31,766 nt of DNA from a virus (lineage: Duplodnaviria; Caudoviricetes), in IMG/VR virus record IMGVR_UViG_3300007540_000052, positions 1-31,766 of that record; one strand, given 5' to 3'. This document shows, piece by piece, positions 1-9,603 of the stretch. Both the position numbers and the translations under genes were made by a program. How positions within the stretch are numbered: the stretch's first letter is position 1; the number at the start of each line of letters is the position of its first letter. Under the pieces are notes generated by a model. It was not told the origin of the DNA. It searched no databases and worked only from the letters and a program-made list of their open reading frames with translations.

Positions 1-1
1 A

Positions 2-1039
2 AATGTAGTAGATGTGCAGTCACAAGAAGCCCGTCGCAACGCCGATATACAACAGCAAGCCTTACAGTCACAAGCTACTCAGCAAGGTGCCTTCGGTGGT
101 TCACGCTCTGCCATTATGCAGTCGGAAGCTGATCGTAATCTAGCTACCCAGTTAGGTCGTATTCAAGCTGAAGGCTCACAAAACGCTTTTCAAAACGCAC
201 AACAAGCCCAGCAGTTTGGTGCCAACTTGGGACTTCAGGGTCTTCAGGCTGGGTATCAAGGTTTAAACACTGGCTTATCTGGTACTGCACAGGGTATGCA
301 AGGCGCTCAAACAGGCATATCTGGTCAACAAGCAGGGCTTGCAGGTCTTAATCAAGCTGGAAGTTTGTACGGGCAAGGCATGCAGGGTGCTGGCTTAGGT
401 TTACAAGGAACCGGTCAGCGTTTAGCCGCAGGTCAATTAGGCTTGCAAGGTACTGCTCAAGGTATTTCAGGTTCTCAAGCTGGGTTACAAGGTGTGGGGC
501 AACAAATATCTGGTGGTCAATTAGGCTTATCAGGTGCTCAAACAGGCATCCAAGGTGCTCAAGCTGGCATGCAAGGTGCTCAATCAGGATTATCTGGCGT
601 TGGGCAGGCTACTAGTGCAGGGCAGTATGGTCTAGCCGGTCTTGGCGCTACAACTCAAGCAGCTAATTCTCTTGGTCAGCTTGGTCAGACTACCTATGGG
701 CAAGAATCAGGTATTAACCAAGCTCTTGCCAGTGCAGGCGCTCAACAACAAGGTTTGCAACAACAAGGGTTAGATGTTGGTTATCAAGACTTCTTGTCAC
801 AGCAGCAATACCCCTACCAACAATTGGCGTTTATGCAAAGTATGTATAACCCCGTTGCCACACCTTTACAGCAAATGCAAAGTTCTTACTCAAACCCAAG
901 TCCCGTATCACAAATTGCTGGTCTTGGCACTGCCGCCTATGGTTTGTATAACATGGGTAAGAAACGGGGCGGAAAAATTAAATCGAGCGATGGTATAGAT
1001 ACACTAGGTCTGTATAATGCTATGAGAAAACGGGGATAA
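2..1039 (+). CDS. Gly/Gln-rich internal virion (DNA ejection/pilot-like) protein, 5'-truncated
   Basis: The frame is open to the window edge (aat gta gta gat gtg...). It has long ~7-aa quasi-repeats (GLQG/GMQGAQT) and a QQGAFGGSR motif typical of podovirus internal proteins, and lies upstream of two other virion-type genes. Confidence 0.6.
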   Translation, partial: NVVDVQSQEARRNADIQQQALQSQATQQGAFGGSRSAIMQSEADRNLATQLGRIQAEGSQNAFQNAQQAQQFGANLGLQGLQAGYQGLNTGLSGTAQGMQGAQTGISGQQAGLAGLNQAGSLYGQGMQGAGLGLQGTGQRLAAGQLGLQGTAQGISGSQAGLQGVGQQISGGQLGLSGAQTGIQGAQAGMQGAQSGLSGVGQATSAGQYGLAGLGATTQAANSLGQLGQTTYGQESGINQALASAGAQQQGLQQQGLDVGYQDFLSQQQYPYQQLAFMQSMYNPVATPLQQMQSSYSNPSPVSQIAGLGTAAYGLYNMGKKRGGKIKSSDGIDTLGLYNAMRKRG

Positions 1040-1042
1040 GTT

Positions 1043-2353
1043 ATGTCGATATTAGATATGAATTCACGCATGGCTATGGCTGAAAAGCTTTCTGTGCCGC
1101 AACTTCAAGAAGCCATTCAATCAGGTTCGCTTCCTGCTTACATTGGTATTCCTTTGATTGAGCAAAAAAATAAAGAAAAATCACAGCTAACAGCTGCTCA
1201 AGGTGGACAGCAAGAACCTCCTAGCGTAACTTCGCGTGTACTTCAAGAAGCTCAACAGCCAGCCCCACAAGATCAAGGCATTACCCAGTTGCCAAGCAAC
1301 CTACCTATGATGGGTGCAGAACAAGGTATGGCTGACGGTGGTATCGTTGCATTTGCTGAGGCAGGGCAAGTTCAAGCTCCTCAAGAACCTATTCCTACTT
1401 CTATGTACGGTAATATGCCTTTGATGTCACCTGAAGCACAAGCACGTTTTGCTAAACAAGAACAACGGTTAGAAGAATTAAGTGGGCGCAATGAGTCTGC
1501 TTACTCAGACGCTAAAAATATGGCTATCTTCCAAGCTGGTATAGGTATGATGGGTGGTCAGTCGTCTAACCCATTTGCTAATGCGACAGCAGGTATAATG
1601 CCTGCGCTTACAGGATACCAAGCTGCGGTTAAAGACCTTAAGAAAGAAGAACGAGACGCCCTTACTAAACTTATGGAGTTGGGCCTCAGTAAAGATAAGT
1701 TTATGCAAGAAGCGCAAAAAATGGGTATTGAGGTTGATAAGGCAAACAAAGCATTTGAGTCTTCTAGACTTTCAGATGCAGCTAAGATTGACGCCGCTAA
1801 CATAGCTGCTAGTAACAAACAACCAAGAGCTATGTCAGAAGCGGAACTTAAAGAACTGCAAATACAAAATGAACAAAAAGTACTAGAAGCTAAAGGTGTG
1901 CCTCCAGATGAGTCTCGTATTCAAGCACAGAAAATTGTTGCTCGGTACTCAAAAGACGAAAACGCAGTAACTAACCCAATACTTAAACAGCGATTCATAG
2001 AGAAACGTGCCACACAATTAGAAGCTAAAGGGGTACCTGCAGACCAAGCATACACACAAGCTTGGAAAGAAGCCACTGCGGAAGAACGTCCTGTAGCACC
2101 AAATGCTGCAGTAGCAAATGCGGTAAGTGCTCGGTCTGCTAAAGATCCTGAGCTACAAAGGTTAGAGTTGCAGCTATTTCAAAATAGAAATAACCCAGAA
2201 AAAGTACTAGAAATTAACAAAAAAATAGACGCAAGAAACGCCGATATAGCTAAAATGGTTGAGGGGGTCATATACCCCGGGCGTGGGTTAGGCGGTACCG
2301 GTAATACAAGAACTGGACCTAAAGAAGACCCTCTTGGTTTGTTTATTAAATAA
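1043..2353 (+). CDS. Putative internal virion protein
   Basis: 436 aa, Ala/Gln/Glu-rich and helical, with a GMADGGIVAFA motif. It is tightly coupled between two virion-type genes. Confidence 0.55.
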   Translation: MSILDMNSRMAMAEKLSVPQLQEAIQSGSLPAYIGIPLIEQKNKEKSQLTAAQGGQQEPPSVTSRVLQEAQQPAPQDQGITQLPSNLPMMGAEQGMADGGIVAFAEAGQVQAPQEPIPTSMYGNMPLMSPEAQARFAKQEQRLEELSGRNESAYSDAKNMAIFQAGIGMMGGQSSNPFANATAGIMPALTGYQAAVKDLKKEERDALTKLMELGLSKDKFMQEAQKMGIEVDKANKAFESSRLSDAAKIDAANIAASNKQPRAMSEAELKELQIQNEQKVLEAKGVPPDESRIQAQKIVARYSKDENAVTNPILKQRFIEKRATQLEAKGVPADQAYTQAWKEATAEERPVAPNAAVANAVSARSAKDPELQRLELQLFQNRNNPEKVLEINKKIDARNADIAKMVEGVIYPGRGLGGTGNTRTGPKEDPLGLFIK

Positions 2354-2371
2354 TTTATATAAAGAGTATTT

Positions 2372-5300
2372 ATGGATCTCAAAACTTTTCGTTCGCAGTA
2401 TCCACAATACGACGCTGTACCTGATCAGAAATTAGCTGAGGGGTTGTATAAAAAGTATTACTCGGAAATGCCTGAAAAAGAGTTTTACGGTAAGATTGGT
2501 TTTGACCCCACAAGTACAGGAGAAACCGAACTAGACAAAGCACCTGAAAAAGGTATGTTTGAGCGTCTAGGTAATTTTCTTACCGAGCCTTTGCCTGTTT
2601 CAGATACGGATAAACTTATTGCTGGTAGCCTAAAGAAAGGATTTAACCAGCTTGCACAAGTACCCGCAGCTACAGAACTTGCTGAACTTTCTCAGCTACA
2701 AAACGCACGGGAAGTGGAGTACGGTAAAAACTTAGAGAATGCACCTGCAGACGTAAGAGCTAGGCACGAAGAAACAGCAAAGAGATTAAGTCAGTTGCAA
2801 CAAGAAGCTGCATTAGCTGGTGTTGAACGTAAACAAATTGAATCTGAGTATGGTGTTAACCCATTAGCTAAAAAACTAAGTGACGTATCTCAAGATAAAA
2901 AATATCAAGAAGCAGATTTTTTTGGTAAGGCTAAACAATACGGCGAAGCGTTAATTGACAACGCCGGTGATATTCCGGGGTATATCGGTACTCTAGGTTT
3001 AGAAAGTTTGCCTTCTAGTACTGCGGCTATAGCCGCTGCTATGTTAACAAGGTTCTTGCCCGGTGGGAGTTCTAAAACTCTTGCTGCGACTGCCGCAGGT
3101 GGTTCTTCAGCGTTTATGGAATTTGGAAGTAACTACGCTGACCTACGTGAAAAGGGTATGGGGCATGAGGAAGCGTGGGAAAAAGCCGCAGTTAAATCAG
3201 GCGTAATTGGGTTAATGGACGCCGTTGCTTTTGGTTCCGCTGGTAAAGCGGCTGCAGATATAATGGATAAAGTTGGTAAAGGTGCTGCTCTTGCCGCTGC
3301 AAAACAAACAGCTAAAGGTTCTACCCAACAAGGGTTGTTAGGTGCTGCTGGCGAAGGTGGGGGTGCTGCAACTATTGGGGAAGACGTAGATCCTATTAGT
3401 ATGGGCGCAGAATTTGCAGGTGAATTTTTTCTTGCCCCTGTAGATGCCGCTGGTGCATATAATGAGTACAAGCAAGGTGCTGCACCGCAGTTGGGTAAAA
3501 CCACAGAACAAACACAAGTTGCCCCTCCTCAACAGGAAATGGTAACTGATACTGCACCGGGTATAGAAGTTTCGTACCCTAAAACAGAACCCGCACAAGT
3601 AGCACAGCAAGTACCTCCTGAACAAGAAAGTGCTATCCAGCAACGTGCACTTGAATTGCGACAAGCTAACGGGTATCCTGTAGAAATGGCTTTGTCAGTA
3701 GCACGTAAAGAGTATATGGAGGGGGATTTAAATGCAGACGCAGCAAATATTGGAGCTGACACCGGAAGAATTGAACCTAGCCTTCCAATGTCTAGCGAAG
3801 GAATGCTCCCCCCCGAAGGAGCTACAGCACCTAATATTTCAGGATTGGGTACTCCTCTCGGAAATACTGAACAGGCTATTGTTGGAGAAACAACAGAACG
3901 TCCTGCATTAGCAGAAATTCCTACACTTACAGACATAGTTCCCCCAAACACTTATGCTGAATTGCCCCCTGAGTATAAAGAGGAAGTAATACAAGGTGCA
4001 CGTCAAATGTGGGAAGCAGGTGAAGCTAACTTACCAATGGCAAAAGCATGGAATAGCCTGCCCTCGTGGAAACGAGATATGTTTGCCGAAGAAGTATATG
4101 CAAACTATGATGAGATGGTTGGTAATGGGGAAGTATTCCGTGCAGCAATAGATAAAGTTGTAGAAGCTAAAAAACCCGAAGTTGTTACCCCTACACCTAC
4201 TACGCCTAAAAAAGTTGTTGATCTTAACAATATGGGGGCGGGTATAACCGATTCTATGTACGATATGCTTTGGGACAAAGTAAAAACTGGGGACACCAAA
4301 GAAGCTGGGCAAGAGTCTATGGTTCTTCAAGCTGCTAAATCTTTGCGTCAGCAAGGAGCAATTACTAATAAAGATGATTTTATATCCTTAGCAAAAGAAT
4401 TAACCGATAAAACAAGCGGCAAATCTGGAAAAGAATACCAGAATACTATACGTGATGTACTTACAGAATTTGCCCCAAAACAACAAGCAGCACCTACTAG
4501 CGCGACACTTACTCCTGACAGCGCGACACTTACTCCTGACAGCGCGACACAACTTCAACAACAAGCAGTACCTGCACCAGTTGCACAAGCACAACTAAAC
4601 TTTGACGCTGCTGAAACTGCAGTAGCAGAAGCAACTACTCCAGAAGAAAAGAAAGCCGCTACTGCACAACGTAACGTAGCCCGTCAAGAACTTAAAAAAG
4701 TTGAAACTACTGCACCTAAAACTAAACCTGCTGCTCCTATTGAAACTGCTGCACCTATTGAAACTGCTGCACCTATTGAAACTGCTGCACCTATTGAAAC
4801 TAGTGCGCCTATTGAAACTACTACACCTAAAACTGAAATTAAATCCCGTACACCGTTTGAGAACTTCGATCAAGCTTATGCGCAAGGGCTTTCAAAAGGT
4901 TTTCGTGTCAATTCTGACTTGGTTGAGACCGCAGACTATGCTGACTGGCTTGGGTCATTGACCCCTGAACAAAAGAAAATAATAGCACCGTCGTTTACAA
5001 AAGCTGACAACCCATTTCTTAATGCTGGGTCTAGTGAAATAGCTGAGACAAAAGCTAAATTTGAGAAACTGTTAGCTACAAGCGAACCTAAAGTTGAAAC
5101 TCGTGGGCGCCCAAAAATTGATCTAACTCCTGAGCAAAGAGCGTACAAAGAAGCTGAACGAGAAGTTAACCAAGCTGAAGCCATTAAAGCAGCTCGTGCC
5201 GTAGATAAAATAGTTAAGTTTCTTAGTGGAGAGACTACTACCTCTAAGCGTAAATCCAGTGAGTCAGAAAAAGTATTACTGCAGGGCGAGCGCAACGTAC

Positions 5301-8300
5301 GACGTGAATACTTGTACGAACTAAACAAATATGCTACCGATCCAGCATACCGTACAAAACCTACATCTGGCGGTAAAGCTAAAGACTTCTTGGCTAACAG
5401 TGATAAGATTTCTTTGAAAGAACGGGCGGATTTAAAAGCGCGTTTAGAGTTTGAAAAAACTCGTGCACCTAAACCTTCAAGAGCTGAGGGCAAAACTACA
5501 GACAAGGCAGTAAAAGCTTTTTACAAGTTTACTAACGCTGAACAAGCCATAAATTATATTATTAGGAATGGTACGCCTTTTGAAAGATCGTTAGCTAACC
5601 GGCTTAAACCATTTCTTTCTGGGGTTACATTATCTATTGCGGCTACACAAGAAGATACTCCAGCTGCAATTAAAGATCTTTTAGCAGATGCGTCTGGCGT
5701 TTACAGTTCATCTAGGTATGGTGATAAGAACTACAGAATGATAGTTCTCCGTGGTGAGAATTTTGACGACGCATCTTTGCAGGGTGTTAATAACACGGTG
5801 TTTCTACATGAAGCATTACATGCGGCGACTGAAGCTAAGATTGATCAATGGCAGCAGTTAACTAACGAAGGTAAACCTGTATCGCCCGAACTACAAACTA
5901 TTGTAGGTGAATTGTTTGCTACGATGGCTACGGCGCAAGAAGCGTATGAGATGCTTAAAGCTTCAGGGCAACCTATATCTCCTAACCTACAACACAAGTT
6001 TCAATCTTTAGATATAACGAACGATCCTAAAGAGTTTGTTGCTTATGGTATGAGTGATCCTGATGTACAAGAATTTTTGTTAAATGCTCAGGGTGGGGCA
6101 CGTAAAGACCAAGCAGGGGGGTTCTGGGGTAACTTATTTAACCGCTTTGTTGATAACTTGCGTAGAGCATTTAATATGGATAAGACGCATCAGTCTGCAC
6201 TCCAAGATCTTATGCTTATCACTGAAGGCTTACTGCAAGAACAACAGTACGATCCCGTTCGATCAGTTAATACCGTGCTCAATAACAAGCAAGTAAAGAT
6301 AGATAAGAACCTTGAAAAGGTTAACCTTAGCCCTGATAGAAAAAATATAGTAGATGCTGTCGAAGAAAATACAGTAGCTGGGCACACGTATGATGACTTT
6401 AATGACTTACTGAAGGCGCGTTTCGATGCAATGGGTAATGGGTTTATTGCTAAGACACTACCTACACTGCAGACAGCAGATATCATTCGTTGGCAAGGTG
6501 ATGCCATACCTGCACTTAAAGACATTGATACCTTAGTTGAAAAGATGGTTGGCGCTCGTATGAACATGGAGCAGGCATACGCTAAAAAAGCAGAGAAGTT
6601 TGCCAAGTTTGTTCGTAAGGTCGGAAGGAAAAAAGTATTGTTGAGTGATGCTATGCATTTAGCACGTTTAAATTCAGTTAGCCCTTCTACGTTTAAAGAT
6701 AGGGCAGATGCTTTAGCTACCGACAAACGAATAGTGCAGTTAAACAAGTTGCTTGCAAACCCAACAACCACGCAAGATGAAATACCAGCTATTAACCGTA
6801 AGCTTACGATACGGAAAAACGAAATCAATAATACCTTTAAAGCATGGGAAGCACTGAGTTCGTTAGAGGGTGGGCAGGATATGTACCGTATGGTACGCCA
6901 GTTCTATAAAGACGCTAACGTGTTGACCCGCACACTATTAGACGAACGTATTGAACGCTTGGGAATGGAAGGTAGTATTGATGATCCTAGTACGCCTAAG
7001 GGTAAGTTGATGGCGTCAATACGTAGAATGTACGAAGATAGCGACATTAAAGGAATTGAAGAGTACTTTCCTTTCATGCGGTATGGTAACTTTTGGCTCC
7101 GTGTAAATGGTCCTACAGGTAAAGAGTTCTATATGTTCGAAAGCGGTACAGAACGTAATGCATGGTTAAACAAACGCGCTAAACAATTAGGTGTAGACCC
7201 TAAAACTAATACCTCTATGTTTGATGCGGGTGACAACATAGCTGCATTACGTAACAAATACGGCAAAGAAAGTAAGATGCTGGTGGATATGTTTGAAACC
7301 ATTGATAACCAAATGGACAAACCCGGAGTAGATAAAGATGCATTGAAAGATGCTCTATACCAGACGTATCTAATGACCTTGCCGGAGGAAAGTTACCGTA
7401 AGCAATTCCTGCATGCCGAAAACGTAACAGGTTTTAGTGCTGACGTGTTAAGAAATTTCACTACTTCTGCTAGTCGTATTGCCGCGCAGTCGTCTAAGCT
7501 TGCTTATGGGGATAGGATAAGTTCTGAAGTTGACCGTGCAAGAAATACTTTAGAGGGTATGCCTGCTATACAAAAATCTAAGCTTGGGTTATTTGTAGAT
7601 GAGATGCAGATACGGGTGGAAGAAGAACTTAACCCGCCACAAGAAAACAAAGTAGCTACTAAAATTAACCAGTTTGCGTATTATTCTCTTTTAACTGGCG
7701 TAGCATCCGCTATCACACAAACTACAGCTCTACCTATGCTAGTCATGCCGGTACTAAACCAGAAATACGGGTACGGTACTTCTGCTGCGAAGTTTGCTAA
7801 ATATGTATCGCTATGGAAGTCTGTAGGGGTTACGCGAGAAGATGCTAGTGGGGAAGTTAACTACGTTGCGCCTACTATGGGCGAGTCAAGCATAGTACGT
7901 AATAACCCGTTGCTGCGACGTGCCTTTCAAGAGGCTGTTGATCGTGGGTTAACCACTCTTACTAATTCGTCTGTACTTACAAACAATCGTAGTACTCCAG
8001 ATAGTGCATCTTCTAATGCATTTAGTTCAGCCGCAAAAACTACAGGCGTAATTATGTCGTCGTTGTTTACCGGCGCTGAACGCATGACACGGGAAATGGC
8101 TTACCTAATGACGTTTGAATTAGCGTACGCTAAGACCAAAGATTTTGATGCTTCAGTACAAGAAGCAGTTAATACTGTGCAAGAGTTGTTAGGTAGGTAT
8201 GATAATTTTAACCGCCCTAGAGTATTACGAAATACATTAGGTCGTACGGTTGGGCAGTTTAAGATGTACGCAGTTAACATAACCTCGTTCTTTATTCGTA

Positions 8301-9331
8301 ATGCATACGCCATGAATAAGATTGCGTTTAAAGGTCAACGGCAAGAAGGTTTTGAAGCTATGCACCGTTTATCTGGAGCGTTAACTATGGCTGCAGTTTT
8401 TGGTGGGGTTACTTCCTTCCCAATGTACAGCCTAGTTTGTTCCGCAATAGACTTAGTGTTAAATGACCTTAGCGGTGATGATGACGAAGACAAGCAAAAA
8501 CGCATAGCAAACAATCCATACACTGCATATAACTCTGATCTTAGGTTTAGATATGAATTTTTACCTCGCATGTTTGGGGATATAAAGATAACTGGGCTTG
8601 ACGGTAAAAAAAGAACTTTAGCGGCTGTGCTGGAAAAAGGTGCTATATCCGAACTTGGAGACTTTAACATTGGTTCTCGTACTACTTACGATGGTATGTG
8701 GTTCCGTGATGCACGATCTGGTAACACTACCCAAGAAACTGTAGTTAATTATTTAGTGGCTAACTTAGGACCCGGCGTATCCTCAGGGCTTAGTATGACT
8801 AAAGCGGTAGACGATTTCTCTGACGGTAAGATAGCTAGGGGTTTAGAGCGTATTTTACCCGCCCTGTTTAAAAACCCAGTAACTGCTTACCGCTTAGGAA
8901 CGGAAGGAGCTAAAACTCCGGGTGGGGATTTAATTATGAGTAAAGATGAGTTTTCTTCGTTTAGCTTGGCAATGCAATCTTTGGGTTTCCAAAGTACACA
9001 GCTGGCTAGATACCAAGAAAATAAGTACAAGCTACAACAAGAAACAATAGCTGCAGGAAAAACTCGTAGTGAGATTCTTGGCAAGCTCAGTGATTCTTTG
9101 CTAGGTGAAGACTCTAGTGATGCTGATATAGAACGTGTATTTAACCGTATAGAAAAATTTAACAATAGATTTGCGGCATTGCCACACCTTCGTATTAACG
9201 CAGATACGATTGGGCGCGTGTTGGATAGTGCAGCTGATAGGGAAATGTATAAGTTTAACGGTATGTTTATACGTAAAGAAGATCTTCCTTATCTTATTGA
9301 TATACGTGAGGCTGCTAGTAGACAGAAATAA
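2372..9331 (+). CDS. Giant internal virion/ejection protein with zincin-like metallopeptidase motif (large polyvalent-type protein)
   Basis: 2319 aa. Contains FLHEALHAAT (HExxH, 5807-5821) with a downstream KEFVAYG, a Gly/Ala-rich hydrophobic N-terminal part and a Pro/Thr-rich repeat linker. It is the last gene of the + strand block. Confidence 0.65.
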   Translation: MDLKTFRSQYPQYDAVPDQKLAEGLYKKYYSEMPEKEFYGKIGFDPTSTGETELDKAPEKGMFERLGNFLTEPLPVSDTDKLIAGSLKKGFNQLAQVPAATELAELSQLQNAREVEYGKNLENAPADVRARHEETAKRLSQLQQEAALAGVERKQIESEYGVNPLAKKLSDVSQDKKYQEADFFGKAKQYGEALIDNAGDIPGYIGTLGLESLPSSTAAIAAAMLTRFLPGGSSKTLAATAAGGSSAFMEFGSNYADLREKGMGHEEAWEKAAVKSGVIGLMDAVAFGSAGKAAADIMDKVGKGAALAAAKQTAKGSTQQGLLGAAGEGGGAATIGEDVDPISMGAEFAGEFFLAPVDAAGAYNEYKQGAAPQLGKTTEQTQVAPPQQEMVTDTAPGIEVSYPKTEPAQVAQQVPPEQESAIQQRALELRQANGYPVEMALSVARKEYMEGDLNADAANIGADTGRIEPSLPMSSEGMLPPEGATAPNISGLGTPLGNTEQAIVGETTERPALAEIPTLTDIVPPNTYAELPPEYKEEVIQGARQMWEAGEANLPMAKAWNSLPSWKRDMFAEEVYANYDEMVGNGEVFRAAIDKVVEAKKPEVVTPTPTTPKKVVDLNNMGAGITDSMYDMLWDKVKTGDTKEAGQESMVLQAAKSLRQQGAITNKDDFISLAKELTDKTSGKSGKEYQNTIRDVLTEFAPKQQAAPTSATLTPDSATLTPDSATQLQQQAVPAPVAQAQLNFDAAETAVAEATTPEEKKAATAQRNVARQELKKVETTAPKTKPAAPIETAAPIETAAPIETAAPIETSAPIETTTPKTEIKSRTPFENFDQAYAQGLSKGFRVNSDLVETADYADWLGSLTPEQKKIIAPSFTKADNPFLNAGSSEIAETKAKFEKLLATSEPKVETRGRPKIDLTPEQRAYKEAEREVNQAEAIKAARAVDKIVKFLSGETTTSKRKSSESEKVLLQGERNVRREYLYELNKYATDPAYRTKPTSGGKAKDFLANSDKISLKERADLKARLEFEKTRAPKPSRAEGKTTDKAVKAFYKFTNAEQAINYIIRNGTPFERSLANRLKPFLSGVTLSIAATQEDTPAAIKDLLADASGVYSSSRYGDKNYRMIVLRGENFDDASLQGVNNTVFLHEALHAATEAKIDQWQQLTNEGKPVSPELQTIVGELFATMATAQEAYEMLKASGQPISPNLQHKFQSLDITNDPKEFVAYGMSDPDVQEFLLNAQGGARKDQAGGFWGNLFNRFVDNLRRAFNMDKTHQSALQDLMLITEGLLQEQQYDPVRSVNTVLNNKQVKIDKNLEKVNLSPDRKNIVDAVEENTVAGHTYDDFNDLLKARFDAMGNGFIAKTLPTLQTADIIRWQGDAIPALKDIDTLVEKMVGARMNMEQAYAKKAEKFAKFVRKVGRKKVLLSDAMHLARLNSVSPSTFKDRADALATDKRIVQLNKLLANPTTTQDEIPAINRKLTIRKNEINNTFKAWEALSSLEGGQDMYRMVRQFYKDANVLTRTLLDERIERLGMEGSIDDPSTPKGKLMASIRRMYEDSDIKGIEEYFPFMRYGNFWLRVNGPTGKEFYMFESGTERNAWLNKRAKQLGVDPKTNTSMFDAGDNIAALRNKYGKESKMLVDMFETIDNQMDKPGVDKDALKDALYQTYLMTLPEESYRKQFLHAENVTGFSADVLRNFTTSASRIAAQSSKLAYGDRISSEVDRARNTLEGMPAIQKSKLGLFVDEMQIRVEEELNPPQENKVATKINQFAYYSLLTGVASAITQTTALPMLVMPVLNQKYGYGTSAAKFAKYVSLWKSVGVTREDASGEVNYVAPTMGESSIVRNNPLLRRAFQEAVDRGLTTLTNSSVLTNNRSTPDSASSNAFSSAAKTTGVIMSSLFTGAERMTREMAYLMTFELAYAKTKDFDASVQEAVNTVQELLGRYDNFNRPRVLRNTLGRTVGQFKMYAVNITSFFIRNAYAMNKIAFKGQRQEGFEAMHRLSGALTMAAVFGGVTSFPMYSLVCSAIDLVLNDLSGDDDEDKQKRIANNPYTAYNSDLRFRYEFLPRMFGDIKITGLDGKKRTLAAVLEKGAISELGDFNIGSRTTYDGMWFRDARSGNTTQETVVNYLVANLGPGVSSGLSMTKAVDDFSDGKIARGLERILPALFKNPVTAYRLGTEGAKTPGGDLIMSKDEFSSFSLAMQSLGFQSTQLARYQENKYKLQQETIAAGKTRSEILGKLSDSLLGEDSSDADIERVFNRIEKFNNRFAALPHLRINADTIGRVLDSAADREMYKFNGMFIRKEDLPYLIDIREAASRQK
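3732..3911 (+). CDS. Overprinted 59-aa ORF in the +1 frame of the giant virion gene (MQTQQILELTPEELNLAFQCLAKECSPPKELQHLIFQDWVLLSEILNRLLLEKQQNVLH)
   Basis: GGAGG Shine-Dalgarno at 3718-3722, 9 nt before the ATG. The sequence is amphipathic and helical, while the host frame here reads as a disordered linker. Confidence 0.55.
   Translation: MQTQQILELTPEELNLAFQCLAKECSPPKELQHLIFQDWVLLSEILNRLLLEKQQNVLH
4499..4550 (+). repeat. 21-bp in-frame tandem repeat (~2.5 copies; SATLTPD)
   Basis: agcgcgacacttactcctgac x2 followed by agcgcgacac. Confidence 0.95.
4730..4819 (+). repeat. 18-bp in-frame tandem repeat (5 copies; AAPIET)
   Basis: gctgcacctattgaaact consensus; three exact and two variant copies. 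Confidence 0.95.
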
Positions 9332-9358
9332 AAAAACCCCCACTAACTAAGTGGGGGT
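9330..9358 (-). terminator. Rho-independent terminator for the - strand arm at the convergence point
   Basis: 9-bp stem acccccact/agtgggggt (9336-9358) with a 5-nt loop, followed on the - strand by a T-run. Confidence 0.8.
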
Positions 9359-9408
9359 AATAGGAGATACAACAAGGAGAAAATCAAGAAAGTAAGATTA
9401 GTATACTA

Positions 9409-9603
9409 CTAAACACGCCAGATGCGTATACCTCTTACACCTTCTTCTATAACTACTCGCATAACAATAGTAATTTTTTGCTTCTTAGTAATAGTTTGAA
9501 TAGTTTTTTTAGCTTTGCTGCAATCTATGCAGGGTATGAAAAACGAATACCCCACACGAAACTTACTCCATTTGATGTTATACGTCAGTGTTTCGATTCT
9601 CAT
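9409..9603 (-). CDS. Small basic hypothetical phage protein
   Basis: 64-aa ORF overlapping the end of the primase-helicase gene and preceding the terminator. Confidence 0.65.
   Translation of the reverse strand: MRIETLTYNIKWSKFRVGYSFFIPCIDCSKAKKTIQTITKKQKITIVMRVVIEEGVRGIRIWRV

Noticed and set aside
4595-4961. ORFs 4701..4961 (+) and 4595..4885 (-)
   Set aside because: These are off-frame readings of the 18-bp tandem repeat (LKLLHL / SSFNRC periodicity) with no RBS.
3133-9343. Numerous - strand ORFs antisense to the giant virion gene
   Set aside because: They are shadow ORFs arising from codon bias of the + strand gene, with Ser-rich composition and no start signals.
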